DNA of 51,123 nucleotides. Origin: a virus. Its lineage: Duplodnaviria; Caudoviricetes. The stretch spans positions 1 to 51,123 of IMG/VR virus record IMGVR_UViG_3300042518_000793; one strand, written 5' to 3'. Shown piece by piece: positions 16,635-26,600 of this stretch (position 1 is the first letter of the stretch; each line of letters begins with the position of its first letter). The notes under the pieces are model-generated. The model was not told where the DNA came from. It did no database searches and saw only the letters and a program-made list of their open reading frames with translations. The translations under genes and the position numbers were made by a program.

Positions 16635-17000
16635 CTACGCGCGGTGGGGTGGCTCTTTCCAACGCTCCCGCTCCCGCTTCTCCACCGCCAGCAGCGCATA
16701 TCCCGCGATGTCGCGCCACGGGCTTTCTCCGAAGGCGTCCCGGTCGCTGGCAATCCTGAACAGCTTGTCGAGCACGCGGATCACGGCGAGCGCGTCGCCC
16801 ATCTGCGCAAGCGGAATCCCGTTCGGGTAGAGGATGGCCATGACTTCGCCCGACCGCTCGAACGAGTCACCGTAGGCGGCGTTCTTTTCCGCGACGGTGG
16901 CGGCGATGGACCGGGCGATGTCGTCCCAATTGCGGGTCAGGGCCGGCGCGGGCTTCCAGTCCGCTGCGCGAGTCGTCGCCGTGCCGTCCCACCCTCTCAT
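16635..17000 (-). CDS. DUF1599 / nucleotide-modification-associated domain protein
   Basis: EKNAAYGDSF...IRVLDKLFRI...ESPWRDIAGYALL. Confidence 0.75.
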   Translation of the reverse strand: MRGWDGTATTRAADWKPAPALTRNWDDIARSIAATVAEKNAAYGDSFERSGEVMAILYPNGIPLAQMGDALAVIRVLDKLFRIASDRDAFGESPWRDIAGYALLAVEKRERERWKEPPHRA

Positions 17001-17007
17001 GGCGTCC

Positions 17008-17250
17008 TCACCCATTGGCCTTGTCCTGCACCCCGCGAAGGTCGCTCACGATGGCCCCGCCCTGCTCTCGGCGGTCTTCAAGGACAATGCCGGGTGCGGT
17101 GATGTGGACTTCGCGCACGGCGTCACGGATGGCGGGAAACAGGTACTCCTCGACCAGTGCCAGCGAGAACGCAAGGCGCTGATTGCCTTCGTTCGCGACA
17201 CGCTCACGGGCGTACTTGATGGCAAGGCCCGCGATGGCTTCGGGGGTCAC
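17008..17250 (-). CDS. Hypothetical protein
   Basis: GTGA coupling to the upstream lipoprotein gene. Confidence 0.55.
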   Translation of the reverse strand: MTPEAIAGLAIKYARERVANEGNQRLAFSLALVEEYLFPAIRDAVREVHITAPGIVLEDRREQGGAIVSDLRGVQDKANG

Positions 17251-17402
17251 GGCTTCACCGGATGCGTGATGGTGACGGACTTCCCATTCGACGGGCACTT
17301 GACCACCGTGCGGGTGTCTTCAAGCGTCACGGTGGCGGGGACCGGGCACGTCCATGAGACGGTGGTGCAACCGGTCAACAGGAGGATGGCAACGATTCGC
17401 AT
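17247..17402 (-). CDS. Small lipoprotein (o-spanin-like candidate)
   Basis: MRIVAILLLTGC lipobox; further Cys-Pro motifs. Confidence 0.6.
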   Translation of the reverse strand: MRIVAILLLTGCTTVSWTCPVPATVTLEDTRTVVKCPSNGKSVTITHPVKP

Positions 17403-17589
17403 GAGTGCTCCAGTGCCGTCTCTACGGCGTCGAGTTGAGTTGTGCCGGTTGCTACCACGACCCCACCGCACCACACCTCGAACTCTCCGGGAATCCCGGA
17501 TGGTTCGACGGAGCACGGTGCGCCCATTCGCGCGGTCAACTTGGCAAGTTTGGCCGAGACCTCAAACGCGGGCGACCATGAGGGGTGGT

Positions 17590-17715
17590 CTACGAGGCCG
17601 CGCACTTGGCCCGCTCCTTCGCCCGCGCCACGAACTTGCGGAAGTACGCCGGCCAGTGCAGGTCGCACGGCGGGACGGTGGTCCAATCGAGGTGGGTTTT
17701 GCAGGGGCAGGTCAT
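17590..17715 (-). CDS. Small Cys/His-rich peptide (MTCPCKTHLDWTTVPPCDLHW...)
   Basis: ATGA coupling with 17712-17969; read from the sequence. Confidence 0.45.
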   Translation of the reverse strand: MTCPCKTHLDWTTVPPCDLHWPAYFRKFVARAKERAKCAAS

Positions 17716-17969
17716 TCGCTCTTCTCCAGTGACGCGAGCCACTTGCCGAGCGCCTTCCGCTGGTCAATGGTCACGCCGGTCGCCGCCTCCACCTCATCCA
17801 TGGTCGCGCTCGGGTCGTTCTTCGCGTAGGCCCACGCGCGGCGGGCGTCGTCGACTTGCTTATCGGCGCTCTTCAGTGCGTCCGCGATCTTCTCTTGGAT
17901 GGCACGTAGCCGCGCCTGCTCCTGGATCGCGTTGCACATCACGAAGTCAGCGGCTTGTTCGGGGGTCAC
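17712..17969 (-). CDS. Hypothetical protein
   Basis: GTGA coupling; helical sequence. Confidence 0.6.
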   Translation of the reverse strand: MTPEQAADFVMCNAIQEQARLRAIQEKIADALKSADKQVDDARRAWAYAKNDPSATMDEVEAATGVTIDQRKALGKWLASLEKSE

Positions 17970-18313
17970 AGCCGCTCGTCCGTGTCGCCGGTCTTCGTCT
18001 CGGCTTTGGGTCGGTAGAAGTCCGCAACCGGACCCATGTAGCCGTGTTTCAGGTAGTCGTCGGCGGACGTCGGGAGTGGTCGCGGCTCCTCGCGCACCGG
18101 AGCAATCTCCACCGGCTGCGGCACCGGCCCCGCCTGCCGAAGCACGCGCGTGATGATGCCGATGCACAGAAGCACCGGCCCCGGCCACGACTGCCCGGTG
18201 AGCACGCCCGCCTCGACAAGCGCAGTCAGCACCGCGCCCGCCGTGGTCACGATGTCGGAGAAAATCAGGGTCTTCGAGACCCCGCCAGATCGTCGTTGGT
18301 AGAGCTTGCGCAT
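17966..18313 (-). CDS. Holin-like two-TM membrane protein
   Basis: Basic N-terminus with SKT, two hydrophobic segments, hydrophilic tail; lysis region. Confidence 0.55.
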   Translation of the reverse strand: MRKLYQRRSGGVSKTLIFSDIVTTAGAVLTALVEAGVLTGQSWPGPVLLCIGIITRVLRQAGPVPQPVEIAPVREEPRPLPTSADDYLKHGYMGPVADFYRPKAETKTGDTDERL

Positions 18314-18344
18314 GCAGCTAGGTTGCCCCGCGCACGGCATCGCG

Positions 18345-18743
18345 TCAACGTTGGAATGTTGTTGCTACCGCTTCTCGCGAGCCGCAGAGGACGTGCCCCG
18401 AATGGCCCACGGGAACGCCCCGGCACTCCGCGCTCAACAGTGGCTCCGCGTACTCATCGACGCACGCCCGCGCGCAGTCGCCAGTCAGCGCGCCCCACTC
18501 GTGGACCATCTGGCCGGTGCCCGCCACGACCGCAAGCGCCCACCCGTCGCCACCGATGAAATCGACCGCCGCGTGGAGTGCCTCGCCCTGCAATTCGGAT
18601 TCGAGGTTGTGAACCCTCGCGAGCATCGATTCGGTGTCTTCGTCGATGCGCTCAATGGCCGCGTTGATTCGGTCGAGGTTCGGAGTGGGAAGGTCCGACG
18701 CGCACGCCGTCTCGGAGTAGCCCTGTTCGCACCCGACAAGCAT
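18345..18743 (-). CDS. Hypothetical protein (lysis region)
   Basis: TGATG coupling with the upstream gene; short coiled coil. Confidence 0.5.
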   Translation of the reverse strand: MLVGCEQGYSETACASDLPTPNLDRINAAIERIDEDTESMLARVHNLESELQGEALHAAVDFIGGDGWALAVVAGTGQMVHEWGALTGDCARACVDEYAEPLLSAECRGVPVGHSGHVLCGSREAVATTFQR

Positions 18744-18985
18744 CAGCGCGGCGAGGATTCCATGCGCCCCTCCAGACGGGACAGGCGCGTGTCCACGTTC
18801 GCCACCTTGTCGGCCACCTTCTCGATCTGACCCGCGATGGGACCGAGCTTGGCGTCCATCCCCGTCACCGCGCTCGCAAGCTGGTTCTGCGTCACGAGGT
18901 CCCGGCTCAGCGCCCACGTCGTTGCGACCGCCCCGACCAGCAGCGACGTGACCACGCCCACCGTCAGTTTCGCGTTTGAAAGCAT
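18743..18985 (-). CDS. TM plus coiled-coil protein (holin/XhlA-like candidate)
   Basis: N-terminal TM and heptads ending RLSRLEG. Confidence 0.6.
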   Translation of the reverse strand: MLSNAKLTVGVVTSLLVGAVATTWALSRDLVTQNQLASAVTGMDAKLGPIAGQIEKVADKVANVDTRLSRLEGRMESSPR

Positions 18986-19115
18986 CCATCACCACCTCTC
19001 CCCCGTGCAGGGGGTCACGGCACACGAGACAACACCGGACCGCAGTCCGAATCTCTCTCGCATGTCGCCACCCCGTACACGTTATCACCCTCCCGTGGTT
19101 TTCCCTAGAGCGGCG

Positions 19116-19631
19116 TCAGCGGGTCGGCTTCACGTAGAACCGGAGATTGACGGACGCATCACAGGAGTTCGCGCCCGCCACGAGCCGAAACACGGTCGAT
19201 GCGTCTGACTTAAGCATGCGCTCTGCCGTAAAGCTTGATTGAGCCAGGATGGTCCCCGTCGTGATCTGACGCGTGTGAATCGTCGTGCCACCCGTGTAGG
19301 TTAGCGGCGTCGCGGGAACGCCGGCCTTGCACGTAATGCCCGACGTCGTGGCGCTGTTCCGATTCGCGTTGTAGATGGTCGCTGCCGTGCCCGCCGCGAG
19401 GCTCGTTACATCCTCCACAATGGTCAGCGCTGCGATCTTCTCCGACGCAATGTCGAACATGACGTGAGGCACCACCCCCGCCGGGACCGTCAACGCGACT
19501 TCCATGGCTTCGGTCGAGGCCAACGTTGCGCGCAGCGACACGTCGAACACTTGGCCCTCATGGACCGCTTCGTGTGTCGAGTCGAGCGTGGGAGAGTAGG
19601 GGTTGGCGTAGGGTCCGCGATAGAGAGGCAT
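19116..19631 (-). CDS. Putative beta-rich virion protein
   Basis: AAGGAG RBS; Thr/Ala-rich beta character; HEAVHEG motif. Confidence 0.65.
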   Translation of the reverse strand: MPLYRGPYANPYSPTLDSTHEAVHEGQVFDVSLRATLASTEAMEVALTVPAGVVPHVMFDIASEKIAALTIVEDVTSLAAGTAATIYNANRNSATTSGITCKAGVPATPLTYTGGTTIHTRQITTGTILAQSSFTAERMLKSDASTVFRLVAGANSCDASVNLRFYVKPTR

Positions 19632-19633
19632 GG

Positions 19634-20602
19634 TCAGGCTCCTTGCAGGGCCGCCAGAGCGCGCCCGTAGTTCACGTCGATTGACTTCATCTGCCAGAAC
19701 CAGAGTTGCTCAGGCTCGAACCAGAGTGCCGCCGCGACCTGTTCGGTGATCTGCGTCTTCTTCGGCATCCCGTCAATCGGGTCGTACGCCGCAAGGCCCA
19801 CGCCGAGACGCCGGCCCTCTGCGAACTCGCCCCAATTGCGCTCGCTCATGGCGACCGACTGCGTCTCGCCGGGCCAAAGTATGTTGTCGGGGGACGCCTT
19901 CAGCCCGTTCGACTCCCCGACGGAGTACGCCTGCGGTCGAAGCTGCACGCCGCACACGAGGAGCTGCTCAGTCACGCCTTGCAAGAACGCGTAGTCGTTG
20001 ATCGACACGCGCTTCGGGTCCACCGCTTCGTACAGCTTGCCCACGACTTGCGCCCGCTCGGATGCGGCCTTGCGCCCACCCGACGCCCACGCCATCTCCG
20101 TGTCCAAGTCGAGTTTCACGTCGGGGAACGCCTTGAGGATGGGGGCGACGTACGCGAGCAAACCGTCGAGGTACTTGACCGACGGCCAAATCCACGCCGT
20201 CAGGTCCACGCCGACGCCCGCCGCCTTGAGTTCGGTGATGACACCCTTTAGTTGCGCCATCGAACCAAAGGGCTTGAACACCGGGCCGTCGCCGTGGGAG
20301 TTCAGGAAGAGCCCGAGACGCGCAGGACGAAAGCCGGTGCGTTGGTACAGCTCCTCGACCTCTTTCGCGGTGCCGTCCTTCGCGTCCCACCACGACCACT
20401 CGCGCGAGGTCCACGCGCACAGGGGCGGCACGCGTCGGGGCTGCGGGTAGCCGTAGAGCTCTACGGCGGCGCGGGTGCCGGGGCCGTACTTGCCGTCGAC
20501 GACCAGCTTCGCGCCTTGCTCGTTGAGCCAGCGCTGAAACACTTTCACGAGTTCAGTACGCTTGTCGCCGGGGACGGGAATGAGGGGTTGTAGCATCGTC
20601 AC
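19634..20602 (-). CDS. Endolysin: peptidoglycan-binding domain plus putative glycoside hydrolase domain
   Basis: FQRWLN...L.VDGKYGPGTRAAV (PG_binding_1); LDLDTE and PQAY TIM-barrel-like motifs. Confidence 0.75.
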   Translation of the reverse strand: MTMLQPLIPVPGDKRTELVKVFQRWLNEQGAKLVVDGKYGPGTRAAVELYGYPQPRRVPPLCAWTSREWSWWDAKDGTAKEVEELYQRTGFRPARLGLFLNSHGDGPVFKPFGSMAQLKGVITELKAAGVGVDLTAWIWPSVKYLDGLLAYVAPILKAFPDVKLDLDTEMAWASGGRKAASERAQVVGKLYEAVDPKRVSINDYAFLQGVTEQLLVCGVQLRPQAYSVGESNGLKASPDNILWPGETQSVAMSERNWGEFAEGRRLGVGLAAYDPIDGMPKKTQITEQVAAALWFEPEQLWFWQMKSIDVNYGRALAALQGA

Positions 20603-23600
20603 GGGTTACGCTCCTGCGCGGCTTTCGTGCGGGCCGCTTTGGCTTTGGTTCGATTCTGGATGCCTTCGCGGAGGGCGTCGTCGAACAGCTTGTCAGCCGT
20701 CGCCATCCACCGGACGTCGTTCATGGTGCCGCGCTCCAACAGGTCGAGGTTCTTCTTGATGCCGCGCACGAGACGCGACGCCGGGAAGGGCTCAACCGCT
20801 TCGCCATAGACCTTGAGTAGCGGGGTCAGTCGCTTGCGGTACTCGGCGGCAAACGCCCGAAGCTGCGGCGGGCGCATCTGTGACACGGGTACGAGGATGC
20901 CGGTCGCCTCCTGTGCGGACCGAGCCACCTCGCGACGCTTGGCCTCGGCTTGCTCCGTCTGGTTCACGAGCGCGTCGTCGATGTCAACCGACTGCCCGCG
21001 CGTCCCGAGGAAGACGTCTCGCACCGCTCCAGAGAGCGGGCGTTCGCGGCCTTGGTAGTCAGGCACACCCGCCGCCGACGCAGCCAGACGCTCGTACTGC
21101 GAGCCGCCCTTGATGCGCGTTCGGTCTATCGGCCCCGACCCAATTGCGCCGCCCGCGCCGATGTCGGACAGCGACGGCGTGATGGGCGGGAGATAGGCTT
21201 GGATCAGGTGCGACATTCGCGCCGCGCGCTCTTCTTCGGGCGTCATGCCCTGCCGCACGATGGGTTGACCCGTGAACGTCGGGACCGCGCCCATCTGCTC
21301 GGCAAGCGGGCGCACGAGCGGGTTGATGTCGATGTTCAGCACCTCGCCCATGAAGTCCCAAAGCTGCGCGCTGTCCGAGTCATAGCGCGTCGTCTTGCCG
21401 CCCGCGTACTGCGAAACCGGGGACAGGTAGCCCGTATTGAGCAGGTCGATTCGCCCCTCCGAGTCCTTGCCCATGCCGGGGATGATCTCGCCCATCGCGG
21501 TCATGCTTGACGGGGACGTACCGCGCACGCCGCCCTTCGCCGCCTCGACCTCATCCGTGGTGAGTCCCGACCGCGCGAGGTTGATGTCGCTCAGATAGTC
21601 GCTCGTTTGCATCCACAGTTGCGCGCGTAGCGGGTCCTCTGCAAGCCACCGCTGCATGCGCGGAATCGCTCGCGCCGAGAAGGCGATGAACGGCTGACCA
21701 GCGAGGTAAAACGCCGCCCGTGCGCCCGCTCGTGACTTGCCTTCGCGTGTGACCGGGGCCATGGGCGAGCGCAGCACTTGCGCAAAGCCCGGCACGTTCT
21801 CGTAGTCGATGAACGCCTCGCGGGCCTTGTTCGCCGCCGCTGACCGCGCTTCTTGGCTCACGAGCGTCGGTGCGACGCCTTCGGCCCTCGCGGCTTGGTC
21901 GATCATCTTGCGGTAGTAGGCCAGCCGGAACAGGTCATCTTGCGCGCTGTAGACCATGCCAGGAAGACGAGTGAGCGCAGACCCCGACGCTTTCGCCGCC
22001 TGCCACGACCGCTTAGCCGGCGCAAAACTCTTGGGCTCCGACGCGCCTTGACGAAGACGCATCCACTGGTCTTGGCCTTCGACGTCCCGCAGCTTTGCGC
22101 GCGTCTGCCGTTCACGCTGGAACGCACCCGACCGGATGTCATCCACCGCGCCCTTGGCCGCTTCGCCCGCTTCACCGACGGCCTCAAACAAGCGGGCCAG
22201 CGGCTCCGTCGTCGACTTGAACGCGCCTTCGAGTTGCGACGCGAGGTAGTCCCGGCCCAGCTCCGAACGCCCGAACGTGCCTTGAAACACGCCGTCCTGC
22301 TGCGCCATCTTGTACACGTCGGACTTCTTGCCGCGCGCAAGGTCGCTCAGGGCGTCGGCGTAATAGCCGAGGTTCCGGGGGTTCCAGAGCGACATGCCGA
22401 CCATGGGCGCGAACACGAGCGCGGACGACAGCACGTTGCGCGCATGGGTCGCGGGGCTCCACACGGTCTTGGCGCTCTTCCATCGGCGGTTGATGGCCGA
22501 CACCGCGTTGTTAGCCTCTTCGAGCGCCACGCGGCGGTTCACCATGTCGAAGAACAGGTCAGCGGGGATGTACTTGCCGCCCAGCGCGCCGTACTTCTTG
22601 AGCCCCGGCGAGCCCGCATCGTCCGTCATGCCCGCCGCCTTGCGCACGCCCTCGGGGAAGCGCGCTTCGTCGGGAACCATGATCCACTCGTCCATGCCGG
22701 GAATGTCGCCGCGTGGGTTCACGGGGTCGATGGCTTCAGCGGCAATCCTCGCGGGGTTGCCACGGTACTTTGCTGCGACGCGGGCGTTGTGCTCCGCGAT
22801 GGCTTGCGCGCGTCGCTGAAGGTAGGCGGCTTGGTCAAGCGCCACGCCCGACTTATCGATTTTGTCGTACAGCTTGTAGGTCTCCACGTCGTCGATAAAG
22901 CCCATCAGCCCAACCAGCGCCTCTTCGGCCAAGTCGGTCTTGAGCCCAAACTCAGCCTCACGCCGCGTCATCGGGACGCCTTCGCGACGAAGCGCGTTTG
23001 CTCTCAGCCGCGAACCTTCGAGATAGGGGTTCAGCTTCTTGCGGTCGCTCTTGCTCATGGCTTCGAGCGGGTCCGCGATGGTGCCCTCACGAATAGCGCG
23101 GTCCATGACCTGCGGCCAGTACAGTTGGCGCACTTGCTCGGCGTTCTCAAACATGCCGAGCGACTTGGCGTCATCGGTTGCCTGCCTAGACAGTTCCGCG
23201 AGTCCGCGCCCGTAGCGGTTCACCACGCGCTGTTCGCCGTCCATCTTGGCGACCCACTCGTCTGCTTGAATGGCTTGCCTGCGGAAGTTGGCCGCCATCG
23301 CGGCGCGGTCGGCAGCGTCAGGGACCTTGCGGCCTTGGCGTCGAAGATCGGCCAGTGCGTCCAGTTCGTTCATGCGCGCCGTGAGTAGCGCGGACTCTTC
23401 CATCATCCCAACCAGCGACTCGCGCGACTTGGCCGCATCGCGCGCCAGCACCGGCCCCGCGCTTTGCGCCCGTGGAATCGACGGCCCTTCAGCGCCTCCC
23501 GTGGGCCTTGGCACTGCCGCGCCCATGCGCATCGGGTCCGACGGGCCGAGACCCGTTTCACGACGGATGGCCGCGTTTGCGGACTCCTCGATGCGCGCGA

Positions 23601-26600
23601 GGTCTTCAAGCCGGCTGCGCGCCGCAACCTCAGCCCGGTACGTCGCGCGCCGGGCGTTGTCCCATGCCGTCGCTGCCGCCTGCTTGGCCGCTTGCGCTGC
23701 CTTCAGGTCGGCCACTTCACCACGAAGCCGAGCACCGTCCGCTGCGGCCTGTGCGCGCTCGGACTTAGTGAGGCTGTCCTGCCACGCCGCCCACGCCCGT
23801 GACTCAGCGGCGCGTGCCGCCTTGATGGAAAGCTGCGTACGTAGGTCTTCAGCGCCTTGCGTGCGCGCTTGCTTCAGTTCTTCAGCCCGGCGCTCAGCAC
23901 CGATAGCCTTGTCCCACGTCTCGCGCGTCGCCGTCTTGCCGCCCCGTGGCGTCGCCTCGATGGCAGCCTGTGCCTCTTCGCGAGCAAGCTTCAGCGCATC
24001 GGCCCAGACGTCGCGCATCTCCCCGAGCTTCGCCTTGCGAGCATCGAACGCGGCGCCAACTGCGGCCTCGGTTTGCGCCGAAAGGCCCTGCTTGACCTCG
24101 GCCCTCGCCTGCTTGGTCGCAGCCTCGCGTGCTGCCCGTAGCGACGCCGACAACTCCAGAATGCGCGCCTGCTCAGCCTGCACGGCATCCGCATCCATCG
24201 GGCGATTGTCAGCACGCGCCCCGATGCCGCGCGCAAGGTCAGCCTCCCGAGCCTTCGCCGCGCCCAGGGCGAAGTCAGCACCCTGCGCGCGGATAGCCGC
24301 GTCCTCGGCCTTCGATGCTGCCGCCGCGCCACGTTCAGCGCGCGCCCCGACCAGTTCGTCAATGCGCGCGTTGATGGCGTCAAGGCGCGCCGCCGCTTCT
24401 GCTCGCGCCACGTCAAGCGCTGAATCCGCTAGGTTGTCAAACGCATTGACGGTCGGCGCGCCTCGGTCGATGTCGGTCGCCATCTCGCGAAGCGCTTTCG
24501 CTTCGGCCTTCTTCTTGGCCCGCATCATCTCGCCGTAGTCGGTGCGGACGAACGCAGATTGCTGCCGCGCCCTGCCACCGGGTCGCGGCGGCTTGGCCGA
24601 TTGGTCCCACGTCTTGAACTCAAACATCTGCCGAGAGCGGTCGTTGCCCGGCATCCAGTAGCCGCCTTCTAGCGGCGAGTGCTCGGCTTGAAGAAAGCGA
24701 CGCACCGTAGGACGCTCGGCGTCGGGAACCTTGGCGAGCGCTTCGGTGAGCGCCCGTTCGCGCTTCGTCTTGCTCGCCATGCCCTCGCGTTCCAGCGCTT
24801 GCACGATCTCCCCGACCTGCTCGTTGCGTGGATTCAGCCACCACCGAAGCTCAGGGTAGGCGTTGCCGAGTCGCTTGATGCCGTGGCTGATGAGGTCCGA
24901 TGCCGCCGTGAGTCCGAGAGTTGCGCCGTAGGACGGAGCCCGCGCCGCCGTCTCCACAAGCGCCCGCTTGACGTTTTCGCGCTGCAACTGACGTTCAAGA
25001 CTGATGGTCCATCGTAGCCGCTCGTTCAAAATGCGCCCGGGAACGCCAGCCTCTTTGAGCTTCGCGGCGGCTTCGGCCATCTCGCGCTCAACGGGTGCAC
25101 CTGCCTTGACCGCACGCGCCCACCCTTGCACCGCCTGCTCGGTCTTGGCACTTGGCCCATCGAAGACTTCGACAGCGCGGCGCGTCTCGCGAACCCGCGC
25201 CTCTTGGTCTGCGAAGCGCTTGGCGAGCTCTGCGCGGTCCACATAAGCCGATTCGTCGATTGCCTTGCCGGTGCGCTCAGCGACCTCGATGCGCGCGTCC
25301 ATGGCGTCAAGCGCGTCCTTCGTTCGTGCCGATTGGCGTGCGGCTTCATCCGCTTCGACGTAGAGCGATTGGCGCTCAGCGGCAAGCGGGGCCGTCTCCG
25401 CGCGCGTGGCGTCAAGTTCGCGAGTCAGCTTTGCGGTCCTGGCGGCGCTCGCGTCCGTGATGGGCTCTGCGAGCTTCCGCACGCCTTGACCCGCCATGGC
25501 GGCATTGAGCAGTGTCCCAATAGGTCCGGCCTCAAGCTCCTTGCGGGGGTCAAGCGCGGTGCGAGCAAACGAGCGAAACGCCCCAGTGCCCACTTCCTTG
25601 ACCCCTTCGACGCCACGCTGAACCACGTCCTCGATGTTGCCCTCGGGCGTGCCCAGCGAGCCCAAAGCCTCCGCGCCCGCGACGCCGAGCTGACTAAAGC
25701 CCGTGGCGATGTCGCTGATCTCGGACGGAATGCGCTTCAGTCCGCGCCAAACGGACTCACCCCAATCCTCGCCCTTCGCTGCCGACGCTTCGCCCGGCAT
25801 CGACACGGGGTCGCGGTCGAGCCCGAGACCTTCGTAGAGCGCGCGGTTGAAACCCTTTTCCGCGATGGCCTTGCCCGCCTGCTCGCCCTTGCGCATGGCG
25901 ACGGTGCCAAGTGCAGCGGGGAGCGCGGCAACGTTGCGCCCGATGTTCGTGCCGTACTCATCGCCAAGAGGCAGGAAGCCTTCGTCTTGGGGCTCGCCCG
26001 TGATCGTCTGCTTGGTTTGCCGGTAGAGTTCGGACGCGGCACCAAGCGGCACCGTGACCGGGAGCGCCGCGACTTGACCGGCGCGCTCTACGAACGACGG
26101 CTCACCGACGACGCGCCGTCCACTCGGCAACGTGCGCGGCGTCGCGAAGGCTTCGTCGGGGTCGCCGCCACGAGACGCGACTTCGCGCTCCTTGCGAAAC
26201 TTGTCAAGCGCGAAGCGGGCTTCGGGTGTTTCAAGGCTACCCGGCGTCTCGCGCCCGAGAGGCTTCGGGGCCGTACCGACGCCTGCGATAATGGGGCCTC
26301 CCGGATACCGCTCCTGCCCGACGCGCTCAGCCCGCGCCGTGCCCTCCGCTTCGTTCACGAGGTTCTGACGCACCTTCGGGTCGAAGACGTCCGTGAGGTC
26401 GCGGAGACCGCTTGCGGCACGCTCGGTAATGAAGCGCTCCCGCACGCGCTCGCCCAGAGGCTTGGGCGCGGCGGGAGGCTGAAACGTGGGGGATGGGGCG
26501 GGCGACGGCTTCGGAGCCGCCATGACCGGAGGTGCGAGGTCCGGTGAGTCGGTGAACATCGGCCGCTTTGGGGCAGCCGGTGCCACGTCGGGGGAGTCGG

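Noticed and set aside
17375-17767. 130-aa ORF
   Set aside because: Start unclear and it overlaps better-supported small genes; only the 3' part may be coding
18345-19088. 247-aa ORF overlapping 18743-18985 as an embedded Rz/Rz1 pair
   Set aside because: The N-terminal part looks like off-frame sequence; a TGATG-coupled start at 18743 is simpler and leaves no signal peptide before the Cys
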